A stretch of 64,000 nucleotides of DNA from Amoebidium appalachense (lineage: Eukaryota > Protista > Ichthyosporea), in contig CAVNZM010000004.1 in NCBI GenBank assembly GCA_963693365.1, positions 2,750,389 through 2,814,388 of the forward strand. The letters run 5' to 3'. The notes beneath the pieces are model-generated. The model was not told the origin of the DNA and searched no databases. It saw only the letters and a list, made by a program, of their open reading frames with translations. This document shows, one piece after another, positions 1-40,289 of this stretch (position 1 is the stretch's first letter; the number at the start of each line of letters is the position of its first letter). A program made the translations under genes and the position numbers.

Positions 1-8
1 CCCTCCCC

Positions 9-10487
<10,479 letters not shown>

Positions 10488-11547
10488 AACTGCTTATTTA
10501 CTACTTATGAAAGTTTTAGTTGTGCTGTTGAACAAAATCTGCTTGACCATGAGGTGCTTTATACATAGCCATAGACTACGGTAACTTATTCCCAAGTAGA
10601 CAGAACGTGTACCTTGTTCTAAACTGACACTCACAAGCAAGCCCCACGAATGACGTCATGCGGTGCGTTCTTATCCAATAATACTTATTTCACTCTTACC
10701 TAAAAAGTCTAATGACAGGTCGGATTTGGAGCAGAACAGCTCGGATATTTCCAAGAAGTAACATCGAAATATCATGTAGATTCTACAATTAGTGTCCAAA
10801 ACGTTTGACAGTTGTAGACCCCATGCAGTGGACAAATGTACTACTATATGTACTATTGTACATATCCGTGTTCGCGACGGGTCAGTGTCCGGGCTCACCC
10901 GCGGGCCGCGGCCGGCGGCCGCCACGCGCTAAAAAGTTGAGTTCCATCATTTGCAGGACAACACTAAACGCATACATGATATTTATCGAATCATCTGCCT
11001 TGAAGTAGTATAGTTAACATATTTAGAGTTCAAACAAGTCCAAATAACTAATTATAGGTTCTTGTGTAACAGCATCAGTTGACATAGCTCATTTATCCCT
11101 GGAATGTGGCGCTGTCAACCTCCCAGCTGTGACACACTCGGAAAAGGTGTTGCCAAGCCCAACAAATGACCACTTGGCGCATAGTTACGAAATCTACGGA
11201 GCACGTTTGGTGGTGCTCTACGGGCGTTATTGACTGCAGCCCAAGATTCATAAAAATTTAACTCAAAGGATCTCGAGAGAATGTGTGTGTGCGGCTAAAA
11301 CTAGGCTCATGAATTCTTGCACTGGTTTATTTCGGAAACAACTGGTGTGAAGTGCCTGAAGATCTGAAGGGCACGCAAAAGCACAAGGAAATAACACCAT
11401 TTGTTGTCAGACCAGTCTTTATTCACGTGCTATTCATGGTGTGCTTGAGCTGCTTTCAGCTGCTCTTGCTGGCATCTAGACTTTCCTGAGAAACTGCATT
11501 GGCTTTTGAATCGGTGCACCCATTAGAACAAACTGAACACAGGCAAC

Positions 11548-15965
<4,418 letters not shown>

Positions 15966-16448
15966 AGTATATCTCGTATATCTCGTATATCTTACTCTGC
16001 TGTTTTGATACCAAGCGGCTGGTTATCCGCTTTTACATTTTCGAATCCCCCTTTTATCCCTTTGTCTCTTTTCAAACTCAGTCCTAATTCCTTTTCGCCT
16101 TTCCCATTTAGTCTACTAAAGTTTTCCATTCACAACGTGGGGAGTAGTGATATGTGCATGGTCACATATATTAAGGCCTAACCAGGAGTTGGGCAATTTT
16201 ATTAAACAGCAGACCTTTGTGTTCTGTAAATTATAATAGCTATGAAACATAATGTCAACAATAAAGCGAACATGTTCATCTAGATGCCGCCAGTATGTTA
16301 ATATTATCCCAATGTGTTTCATCCAGACATACACGGGTACATTTACAATTTTACCATGTCCTAGCCGTGAGTTTGAACCGGAGGGCGGCCACTGCTACAT
16401 GTGGGTGTGTGTGTAAACGTTTTATTTATTTAATTAATTTTTTTTTTT

Positions 16449-16487
<39 letters not shown>

Positions 16488-16733
16488 ATGGGGGGAGGGG
16501 GGGAGGGCAAAAGTAAGCTATAGATGCAGACGTCGACGTCCCTATAATACTACCCGCGAATGCCCTGACTGCCTTCGTGCGTGCTGCAGATATGTAAACA
16601 AATCATACCGAACGATCTGATGGAATCATTAATGTAGTGCCATACATAGTCCTGAAGACTTGAAGCGATCGAAGCTTCCATACGCCCTGATGTCGATCGG
16701 CTTGGGGGGGTTGGGGAGCGTCGTATGGACGGG

Positions 16734-16771
<38 letters not shown>

Positions 16772-17071
16772 TTGGTTAGGGTTATCAAGGCACCCACGTT
16801 CACACCCGGTTTCTTTTCTCGGTCCCCGGCCTTTTTTTTTCGTTTTCACCTGCGTTGTTTTCAGTAATTATCCAACCCCCCCCCCCCTTCCCCTCCCCCT
16901 ACCCCGTCCGCCCCCAAAACGTTAAAAAAAAACCCCCCCTTTAAAATTACCCCCCCCCCCCCCCCCCCCCCCTCTTCTTTCTTTCTTTTTTTTTTTTTTG
17001 GAACCTGACCAAGCCATGTCGTTTTGTCCTACACCACCAGTTAGCGACCTGACGCTCCCAAATGTGGTGTT

Positions 17072-17257
17072 GCACATGTTCAACCTGGTCGATGCATTAC
17101 AAAATTCGCACGCCTCAATTTTTCATTTCAAATTTGCATATATTAAGGAAAAACACCCATCACGGCACATGTTCAACCTGGTCGATGCATTACAAAATTC
17201 GCACGCCTCAATTTTTTATTTCGAAATTGCATATATTAAGGAAAAACACCCATCACG
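17072..17257 (+). repeat. Tandem direct duplication, 2 x 93 bp
   Basis: GCACATGTTCAACCTGGTCGATGCATTAC...ACACCCATCACG at 17072-17164 and 17165-17257 with a few mismatches. Confidence 0.9.
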
Positions 17258-17535
17258 GATGATGGTATCACTTAGTATATACACAGCCGCTGCCATAATA
17301 GCAGACAACTTTACTAAGTTTTTTAAGAGAACAAAACAGAAAAACGTACAAGACCTGTGAATGTCCTGCATTACATCTGCCCTTTTATCATCCAGTCATT
17401 CCAGTAGCCAAGTCTATTACAGTCTTTCATCAAAGGTACTCAGTCCTAATATCCGTATTTAAGTTCTAATATCTAATGTTTTGTCCCCTGCCATTCTAGG
17501 ACTTCTATATGCATCAAAAAAAAAGGGGGGGAAAG

Positions 17536-18734
17536 CTACTTAGCCCGGCGCTCACCTGAGCAGCCCAGCTCTTGTGATTCAGACTCCACCACCACCACAT
17601 CAACTACACCATCTGACATCAATTCCTCAACCATACTACTCTTCTCTGCCTTAACCGATCCATCACCCAAAACCTCATCTCCTTCACCACCAACTGCATC
17701 ATTTTTCGCATCGTCGTGAGAAATACTAGTTTTGTCAAACAGTTCACCTGCTTTCTCCAAATCGATACCATTTGTTTCCGGTACGAAAAAATACACAAAA
17801 AGAGCGCCAAGAATAGTGACCCCGGCGTAGAAGAAAAAGAGACAATCACCAAAGGCGTCAACCAAATACAAGAAAGATTTCAAAGATGCAAAAGTTGCAG
17901 TTCTAGCAACAACATTACAAAGAGAAACGGCAACCGGGCGTACAGAAGTAGGGAAAAGCTCTATAGCAATCATCATGTTTATCGTTCCGGGGGACATAAC
18001 AAAACAGATAAAGATAAAAATGTCGATTAGTGCGATCCACTCCGTGACTGGTGTGCGGTAGATCGTACATAGCGCAAACACAATCGCGGAAATTGTTGCC
18101 GCCCCCCCACGAATATATCATAATGTTTCTCCTTCCATATTTGTCGATTACAAATGTCAGCGCCAATACCACGGGTAGGCCCAAGCAGCCAATGAGAATC
18201 GCCGACGTTTCCGCGTTTCCAAGTTCGAGAGAGACGAGTAAAGATTTGCTGAAAACGGAGAGAGCCAGGCCTCCGGCAAATTGAACGAAAAATGGGAGAG
18301 AAAAACCGACTATGAGCGGACGAATATATTGACGGGTGAGAAGAAGCGATTTGAGAGCTTGGCCGTAATTTGGTTTCACTTCGCTTTCCACCGCTTCCTG
18401 TGTGTGTGAAAACAAGAAGAACTCGGTCAGATGGGATAACAATGAAGGGTAAAGTGGCAGTGCCCGTGACTCTCTGGTATGTGCATCTATTTACAGGTCA
18501 TTCTTTTTGGTTTGTTTTAACGGTAATTTGTGTGTGGGTGTTGGGGGGGAGGGGGAGGGAGGGAGGGGAGAAGGGGAGGAAGGGGGGAGTGTGGATGCAT
18601 GTGTTTGCGTATGCGCGCGCCCGCTCCCGCGTCCGTATGAGCGCACATCAATATCAGTACTAATCTGTGTATGTTTCAGAGTGTCCGCGCGCATGCATGT
18701 GGGTTAGGGTGTGTGGGGAGCCTGGGGAGGGAAG

Positions 18735-18773
<39 letters not shown>

Positions 18774-19535
18774 AACCTGCACACTGAAACCATAGGCCAC
18801 AAAGCACTCGTGCGAACATGGTGCCGTCCATAGTTAATACTTGCAGAGCACGAAACACAACACACCTCACCAGTAGACAGACTATTAAGGATATGTGTGA
18901 CATCGTTGGAAGAATGGTTGTGGTCTAACTGGATTAGATACTGGTTACTGTGACAGTGTGTGTGGTGTGTGTGTGTGTGCACGTGCATGTGGGTGCGCCC
19001 GTGCATGTGGGTGTGTGCGCGTGCATCATATCCTTGTGTGCGCCCGTGTGCCTGTGCGCGCGCGCTTGCTCGCTCGCTCGTTTGTATGTTTCCCCAAAAA
19101 CGGACGGGAGTCTCGGGGGGGAGGAGGAGGAGAAGGAGGGGGATGGGGGAGGAAGGGAAGAGGGGGAGGATCATACCTTCATTTCATCAAATTCCTCATC
19201 CACATTTTTCTTCGACCTCAACCTCATCAGAGATTTTCGTGCCTCGTCATGTTTTCCGACCATCATTAAATACCGCGGGCTCTCGGGGAGAAACCATGCC
19301 ACCACCGCATGTACAACAGCCAGGGTGGAAAACATTGTGTAGAGGACTCTCCACCAATCAGGATTGCCCATTACTTTTTCCATTCCCAGTGCAAATGCGA
19401 GTGGTACACCGGGCATCCAAACGAATAGAAGGGCCATGCAAGCACCTCCGCGTTGGTGGGCGGGTGCACATTCACCAACGAGCATGGATGCTGTTCCGAT
19501 GGTGATACCCATGGAGATGCCCATGAGAAATTTGG

Positions 19536-19594
<59 letters not shown>

Positions 19595-19622
19595 TGAGTG
19601 TGAGTGTGAGTGTGTGTGTGTG

Positions 19623-19672
<50 letters not shown>

Positions 19673-19884
19673 ATGCGGGTGTTCATGAGTTGACGTATTC
19701 ATTGATTAGTTTTGTGACGTTGTCCTCCATTTATTTATAACTTAGAATAAGTGCTCTGGTGGAAAAAATTACTACTAATGACTCATTCAACTGCAGATGA
19801 AATATTTATATGTGCAAAAACTCCTGCTCTATTTGTTTTTCTTTTTTTTCCTTTTCTTTTCTTTTCTTCTTTTTTTTTTTTTGT

Positions 19885-19920
<36 letters not shown>

Positions 19921-20639
19921 GGGGGGTATATATGATTTAACCTAAATAACTTATCTTGACAAGAACGGGTCAATTTGACCCCACTAAACACCACGCTTAC
20001 AGCTGCTAAACCATTTTTATTCTTTCCTGTTCTTCTTATTTTTTGGAGGGGGGTTGGTCGGGTTAGAAATCCTTGGAATGTGCTACAGAGTACCAAACGG
20101 CAGAGGCGGGGGAGAGGGGGGGGGGGGGGGGGGGGGGGGGGGAAGGGTCAAAATGACATACCAAAACAAAAAAGTTTGAAGTTGTTCCCGCAAAACGCCA
20201 CAATTACTGCTGAGACGACATATCCCAGGTCGTTCACAATCATTCCATTCCGCGGGCCGAACCATTTCACGAGCGGGCCGGTTATCAGCGACCCGAATAT
20301 CGACCCCATCAGCTGCAGTGAAACAAAGGTAGACCACATGTCACGTGTAACCACCGCACCGTTTTGCGCAAACCATTCTGCCACCCCATCAGCTGTGTTG
20401 TTTACTACCGACGTGTTGATGTTGTCGACAAATCCGGGTAGAGACGCAACGAGAATCACACCAACGAGCGTGGGTGAGAAATGCCAGCGTGAATTTGAGC
20501 TGCTGGAAGTTTTTGTTGGTGCTTTAAGAAGGTTTTTCGTGTCGGATAAAGGTGGTTTTGTGCTTGCTGCAGAACACTCAGTGGTGGTGGGGGATGGCTG
20601 AGCTGTCGTCATTTTTCTCCCTTTCATAGAAATGTGCAT
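17536..20639 (-). CDS. MFS sugar porter (GLUT-like) transporter, paralog 2 (one apparent +1 frameshift in a G7 run)
   Basis: Exons 20639-20162, 19535-19177, 18397-17536. Same intron positions and motifs as paralog 1 (PESPRYL, QFAG, DKYGRR, ELFPT..R, VPET). Frame break at ~18102-18108; removing one G restores [13 protein letters not shown], matching paralog YNWAAATVAAVCF. Start codon uncertain among three Met. Confidence 0.88.
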
Positions 20640-22126
20640 ACATGTGGTTTAGAGACAGGGAAGATACAAAGTAGGGGCTCTCCTCTTTCGAATGAGAAAT
20701 GTTGAAGAAGCACTCTAGGTAAGGTGATATTAGATCAGGCTAACCTCTAGCGTGGACGAATTGTTCTGGAATTCTGCGATTCACTTTACCGTCTTTTTCA
20801 AGCTACTTAGTTATTGCAAAATTGATATGTATATTATCCCTGTTTGAATCAACTTGGAAGTAAGGTTACCGCTGCAGACGTCGGATCAAACGTTCTTTGG
20901 CCCACAACGTATCATGCACGACGCGTGTAACAACACGCACTCAATTTGCCTAATTTGCCTTGAACAGAAAAAAACTCTGTAAATGCTGAAACATGACTTC
21001 CACTCGGCAAAAACAAGGCGAAAAAAAGGTTTCCGGATGATACTTCGACCTTTATAATTTGGATATGCTCAAAGACCTCACAACGAAAGAATTTGTTGTT
21101 GCACGGTCCAAGAGAACACCCGTGCCTTGATACACCTTTTGTTATTATAATCCTGGCATAAAAATCAAATCAGGACGGGCTTCGTAGCCAACACATACGT
21201 GGTTTAGGCATCAAATATAGACTCGGGCTTCAAAAGAAAGATGTCATAGTTCAAGTTAACTTACGTGAACAACCAGAAGAGAAAACCCTTGCAAATGTAC
21301 CACATATGCATCACTGTTTTGACTGCCTCTGAGTTTGCGAGTGAGCCGAGTAGCAACAGCGCATGGATCTGGATCTACTGCATCTTGCAAGTTCAACCGT
21401 TGAGCTAACAAAGCAACAAAAAAACAGACAAAATAAAAAGACAGAATACTTCCTCAGAATAGTAATGCACAATTTTTTTGGTATGGTAAAGGTGCTCTAA
21501 GTTCTATGTGACTCGAGTCAAAATTTGTTTGTTGTGGCAAGTTTAGGCATTTTGAAATGTTGCCAGCTCGTAGTTTCAACGGCCACGAGAATTTTTTTTG
21601 GAGCCGCGACCAGCTACCAATCGTCTTGAAATCTCGGTGGAGCACGCATACCAAAACCCCCCCGCACGGTGAACAAACGACATCTTTTGTACATTATCGT
21701 TGGCTGATGAAAACATGGTTTGTCGATTGATTCGCTTACTAGTTTTGCACACTAATTGATTCGCTACAAGTCATGCACATTTATGTGCATTCTTCTTGCC
21801 TCCCTTCGCGGCGGCCCACCTGGCACCGGGACGGATATAGATCTTTTGCGTAAGTGGCATGATCCATCTAGTAAGCCTGAAGCGCGTAACCCTGCATGCT
21901 CCAACATTCATGGCATCTGTATAATGACGTGGGGGTTTACGCTGTTTACTCGAGGCAAAGAGAACCAGTCTCAGGTATGGGGGGGGGGGTTTTGCTCGGA
22001 ATATCCCCTCAGCGGTATATCATGATCACGTACATAGATGTCGGGTGGTGACTATATATCAGGGTTTACTTTCTCTACGAGACACCATAAAGACTACAAG
22101 GAGAAATCAATTAGTTGGGGTTCCCC

Positions 22127-22168
<42 letters not shown>

Positions 22169-22200
22169 GGGCTCCCCTCGGGACACTCGGTATCAGCTGG

Positions 22201-22255
<55 letters not shown>

Positions 22256-22275
22256 TGTGTGTGTGTGCGCGTGCG

Positions 22276-22830
22276 CTATAATTTTGTAGTGATGTGTTTC
22301 TCAAGCCAATCAATACATCTAATAAACAGGTCGTAGTTACGCGTGTTTAGTATAAAATCAAGGATGTTGTAATTTACAGGTAGGCTATCTTTCTGGGTGT
22401 CTGTTGTGAATGTGACGTGTGTGTGTTGCGGTATTATGTGGTCTATCAAACTACATTTGGCGATACATGACCGGTTAAACTGGTGTGTGTGTGTGTTGTT
22501 TGGGCATGCAAATGATGCCACCTTATACTTATTAGATCTCCACTGTATAGCACGTGTACAGTAAAAGCGTGGTAATTGATCAATAATACCATCAGCTAGA
22601 GAAAGACCAGTTCTACAGGAAGGTAATATGTATTTAGGTGTTATACACTTGCGAGTGCCATATTTGGCAATATGGTTGAGGCGGTCAGTATATATAAAAC
22701 GAGACATAAGGCTTAGTTTTTCAAGGTGTATGCTTTCATCGGGTCTAGTGTCGTTTGGTATCTTTTTCCATTTGTTATATTGCGTGATTATCTTGTGATT
22801 GTGTACATGTTTAATAAGTAAGTGGCAGTC
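22276..22830 (-). mobile_element. Probable 3' fragment of a non-LTR retrotransposon ORF
   Basis: AT-rich intronless ORF whose C-terminus (RAIQWRSN..FACP..HQFNRSCIAKC..NYNILDFILN) resembles the Cys/His-containing C-terminal domain downstream of RT in fungal/protist LINE-like elements; the stop is immediately followed by (CA)n. Confidence 0.45.
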
Positions 22831-23405
22831 CAAAGTCACACACACACTATTGCGGGGTTTATTTGTATTTGTGCCCAGGGGAGAAGGGGAGAGAGAGGGG
22901 AGGAAAGAGGGGAGAGGTGAGGAGGGGACAGGTCGGATAGAGAAGAGAGGGTGGGAGGGCAAATACTTCTTTAAGCGGCTTATGTGCTTATTGAATTTCA
23001 GCGCGAGATAGGATAATGACGTAGCGTTGTCGCTTGTGCAGACTACAATTGTGAATGTTACGTAACACAAGAATTTTTTGTGGCTCACAAAGGAAAACTT
23101 TGAAAGACAAGGACTCTTCACATGAAGACTTCGTGTATGTCACGTTTTTATACGGTGTGTGGATTGGTTGTAAGCTCTTAGGTGCAATAACGAGAGGTGA
23201 AGGAAGGGGATTACAAACATTTCGTTAATAGCGGTATTTGTCGAAGCATTTTTGGTTTCTGGTTTCGCTCGTAGCGCGCATGTTTCAACAGCAAACACTG
23301 AGCTCCTGCAAACTCTTGCAAGACAGTGCACTTGTTTTCCTTTTGTACTCCTGGAAAAGCTTTTATGACATGAAGCTATAGTGTATTAACTAACTACTGA
23401 TCATC

Positions 23406-35595
<12,190 letters not shown>

Positions 35596-35867
35596 CCTTT
35601 CACTTCTGCATTCTTCCGCCTCATGTAATGTTTGGTGAACTTATTCTCTCTTTTCTTCAAGTCATGGCATTCACACGTGCACATGTTTGCACACATACGT
35701 GGGAAAGCTGGAATTTCGAGAACGGTTATACACGTACACACACACACGAGCATGTACACTAGTGGCGCAACGACATGTGTTTGTGTGTGTGTGTTTGTGT
35801 GTGTGTGTGTGCGTGTATGTGTGTGTGTGTGCTTGTGTGTGTGTGTGTGTGTATGTGTGACACTACA

Positions 35868-35910
<43 letters not shown>

Positions 35911-35925
35911 TGTGTGACACTGTGT

Positions 35926-36010
<85 letters not shown>

Positions 36011-36122
36011 CTTTTTTCAAGCAAATTTATGCCATGTCTAATGATTGATGTGCTACATAGTAACATTGTAATGACGCATCGAAGACTTTGATCAACCTGG
36101 CGAGTGCAAGCCTCAAAAATGG

Positions 36123-36160
<38 letters not shown>

Positions 36161-36908
36161 AACAACACGACGCGTAGGTACTCAACATAAGTGCATCCCA
36201 CCACTCACACCGTTAGGGATAGGTGGCAAAGGGAGACGTTTTGTGAACATCGGTTTCTAGTTCGTTTATTTGTGATCTTTTAGTGCACGGGTGTTTCCCC
36301 TAGTTTGGGAGCACACAAGCAAATATCAGCAGCGATTCTTTGTAGTGTTTTGTGCCATGTAGGTTTGATACCTTTTTTTTAATAAAAAAAATTAAGATGC
36401 ATAGCGTTTGAACAGTATTTGCCCATACAAAGGAAACAACACGGTTTGTTGTTTGTATATAATTATAAACAACTGCCTGTTATGGTGACACTAGTTGGTT
36501 TTGATAACCATTGCAGTATATATGTAGCTGAGCACCTCGAATGAACAATAAACACCAGACAGAGTGCTTGACTTGTACCAAATGGCCTATTTAATCCTAT
36601 CCTCCCCCCCCCCCCCCCCTCCCCCCCCCCTCCCCCCCCCCTCTCCTTCCCCCCCCCTCCCCCCCCCCCAAAACCCCTCCACAAAATGAAGATAAAAAAT
36701 GCAGCTGTTACTTCATACAGACACAAACCGACCACAACAGCACAAACAATCAAAAGGTGCGAAACAATCGCCTCAGCATATGCACACCACAGGAAAACAC
36801 AGCAAAATCTAAGTGCTGAACCGAGAAGATGGTATGAGTGCCGGTTTTTTTTTTTCTTGCCTGCGGCGTGTGTGTGTGTCTGCACGTGTGGGTGGGTGGG
36901 TGGGTTGG

Positions 36909-36959
<51 letters not shown>

Positions 36960-37093
36960 GACAATTTTGAAAGTAATAAACCTGGGTACCCTGATACACC
37001 CTAGGATACGACATGTAATACAAAGCATTTCCCGTGTGTAACACTTCACAACATACCATCGCCTTGAATTTATAACTACACCCGCATTCAGGC

Positions 37094-37542
37094 TCAGTCA
37101 TTCAGCAAAAACTCCTCCGGGTCAGGAACCGCAATTAACACCATAGGCCCCGCAGGCCCACCAAACCGAACATCCAACTTGGCAGAGGTATACGCAAAAG
37201 CTTCCACACGAGTCAACCCCTTTTCCTGAACAAGAAAATCATATGCGTCGTTTAAGGCAACCTGTAGTGCGTTAAGGTGGTCGTTGGCCATACCCATAAA
37301 TAGTGTCTCGTCGTTTTTGCGCAAACGAGGGTACTTTAAGGGCATGTCTTTAACCACGCTCACTTGGAGCACGGCTTGGCCGGAAGATTCGAGACCCACC
37401 CAGGCCGGTTCACCTGCACCCATCAGGGCATGAAGGTCACCCACTGAGAGAAGGGCACCTGGTACCTGTTATGAAAAACAAAAAGGTGCGTTGTGTGAGA
37501 GATTGTAAACAGAAAGGGGGGGGGGGGGGCAGGGGTGTTTAC

Positions 37543-37589
<47 letters not shown>

Positions 37590-38693
37590 TGTGTGTGTGT
37601 AGATTCGTGAGTGTGTGTGTGTGTGCAGTGTCTGTGTGTGTGCGTGTGCGTGCGTGCGTGCGTGTGCGCGCGCGCGTGTGTGTGTGTGTGTATGTCCGCG
37701 CTCGGGGGCGCTTGTGTTGACGTGAGTGTGCAGACGCTTCTGGTTTTGTGTGCCAGTGAGAATCCACTTGTGTGTGCCTGTGAGTGGCTGAATGTGTGGG
37801 CATGTCGGTCTGGTGGGTGTAGGCATGGATATTTTCCAGGGCCAAGCTAGTGCTAAGGCGAAGAGGGGACGGGGGACGGTACACATGTACATGTGCGTTG
37901 CTATGGCATTTGTTGAAGGGATGAAGGGGGGTGGTGGGGTCGGGGAGGTGCTACAGAACACGAAGTAAACATTCATAAAGGACAACATAAAGCAGAGTGC
38001 AAACCAAACATAAAGTGTACGCATAATGAACGGGGAAGGGGAAGGGGAAGGAAGGGGGGAGGGGGGAGCGTATGCAATAGAGGGTTCGAATAGACACAGA
38101 AGGAGGGGGGGGGGGGGGGGGGGGGAGGGGGAGGGGGGGGAGAGGGGGGAGGAGGCTACCTGCACGGGTAGCCATACAGTGGTGCCCTTTTCCAACTCCT
38201 TCAGATCCATGTTCCCACCCCATGGATAGGCCGGCTCAAACGTCGATGAGGGCGCCTCCGCAGGCGGGGGGGCAACAGCCATGCAACCAATCATTGGCTG
38301 TAGTGGCACGCGCAAACGCGAACTCAAACATGCTTCGCCATCGATGATTGGAACCTCGAAGATGTGTGTTTCTCCCTGTGCCTTTTCTGCTAACACCCCA
38401 CATGCTTTCGGGTCTGGTTCCCATACACACCATGTGCGTTCTATTGCCACATCTAATATCTCTATCTTAAGTGTATCGCCGGCTTCAGCACCATTTATGT
38501 ATACTGGGCCTGTTACCACGTTAATGTTTTCCCAGCCGATGTCATAGGCAGTTTCGCCCTTGCTAAGCCGTTCATACGAGGTGTCATCAGTTTCAAATGT
38601 AATCGTGCAAGGTGCCTCGACACTAAGAACAGGCTTGATGGATGGGTCGAACTTGGTCGCCTGCTTTGTCCTTGGCACGGTGTATGATGCCAT
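37094..38693 (-). CDS. Acetamidase/formamidase family protein (~301 aa)
   Basis: Exons 38693-38160 and 37465-37094. Motifs: [66 protein letters not shown]. Alternative start at 38726. Confidence 0.9.
37950..38030 (-). repeat. Intronic repeat family, degenerate tail A
   Basis: Minus strand ATTATGCGTACACTTTATG...TTTGCACTCTGC...ATGAATGTTTACTTCGT; sense to the acetamidase gene. Confidence 0.7.
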
Positions 38694-40085
38694 GTTGAAA
38701 AACCTGTTGAAACTGTCGTTTAACATAGACCATGTAAGAGGTCAACATTAAAAAGGCACGGGGAGGGGCGGCGGGCGGGGGGGGGGGGGGGGGGGGGGTG
38801 GGGGGAGGGGGGGAGGCGGGGACGAAGTAGAGGGATCGGAAGCAGGGAAGCAGAAACAAAGAAGACAACGACCGCCCCCACCCCCCTCCCTCCCTCTCTC
38901 TCCCCCTCTCTCCCCCCGCCCCCCTTCCCGCCCGAAAAATAAAAAATAAATAACTTGAAATGATCTGAAACTAACACCTTACTATTGCATAGAACATGCA
39001 ACTTGCAAGTGACGTTTGAACAAACGTCAAGATCAGCGGCTCATCAGTGTCTCTACAAAAATTGGTTTTCAATTTCTTAATCTCGCGTGTAAATACTGAT
39101 CCAGCCTTTGTTTCAACGGGCATGGGCCAGTCAGCACCAAAGACCATAAGGAGAGAGAGGGTGGAGGCAAGGGAGGGGGAGGGGTGGGGAGGGGGGGGGG
39201 GGGGGGGTTGAGGCTGTGTTCACAAGAACAAACACCGTGGGTTGCAGCAACACAAGTAAAGACAATAAAAAAGAGAGACTTCGAAAAAGGAGAAGGGGAG
39301 GGGGAGGGGGGGGGACCGCCGGGGAGGGGGGGGGGGGAGAGGAGGGGGAGGGGGAGAGAGAGGGGCGGGGGGGGGGGGGGGGGGGGGGGGGAGGGGAAGG
39401 GGGAGTGAGCACGTGCGCGAAGATGGGAGAGAAAAGGGGAGAGAAGAGGGTTGTAGGGCATACACAACCAGGGATGGGCAAGACTCATTGAGCGGATGCT
39501 GGTGCCTGTGTGTGTGCACATGCGCGCACGTGTGTGAAGGGACACTAAACTAGCTCGCTTAATTAATTAGGGCTGGAGAAGCTTCTTTGCCAAAAAAAAA
39601 GTGGTTCAAGAATAGGAAATTTTATTAAGTAGCCCACAGAGCCACTCACCTCAGCCACTGGCCCCGTTTTAAAAAAAATGCAGCTCTGTTATAACAAAAC
39701 GTGCAGTTAGGATGATAATTATTCCCTCGAGCTCAAAAATTCTACAAACAGACAAACGTTGAAAAGCAACCGAGGCTGTCCGACGTCGACTGAAAAGCTA
39801 GGCATTTTTTCATTTCTGAAACTTTCATCGCATCTACCCCATTTAAAAGCCTTTCTTTGTATACAGTTTTCCATTCGTTATTAAAACTTAGTAAGTTTGT
39901 TAAATAATGAAAATTGAACTGCACGGGTGGTTATGTCAATGGGCATCCTAGAATTTTTTTGGTTGCTACGGCCTGCCAGCTTCAGAATGTTGTCAGTCTC
40001 GTGTTTGTCTCAACCTTCTGGTGCCATCAGACTTCGCAAAGTTTTTTTTACCTTTACTACATCTGATTTCCAAACAAACGCCAAA

Positions 40086-40289
40086 ATGGTTTCCACCCCA
40101 AGAATGCGCGCTGCTTCTGAGAAGTACAACAAGAACATCGAAAAACGCGGCAATGTGCAAGTAATCAAGAAGGAGGAAGACAGCAAGCTGCCCCTTGGAC
40201 CCTACGTTCTTGGTCTGCTTCTGTTTGTGGTTGTTGGGTCGGCACTCTTCCAAGCTCTTCAATCCATCCGTACGCCCGGGAGTGCATAA
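40086..40289 (+). CDS. SERP1: RAMP4/SERP1 (stress-associated ER protein), intronless CDS
   Basis: MVSTPRMRAASEKYNKNIEKRGNV...KLPLGPYVLGLLLFVVVGSALFQ, typical RAMP4 signature. Confidence 0.93.
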   Translation: MVSTPRMRAASEKYNKNIEKRGNVQVIKKEEDSKLPLGPYVLGLLLFVVVGSALFQALQSIRTPGSA

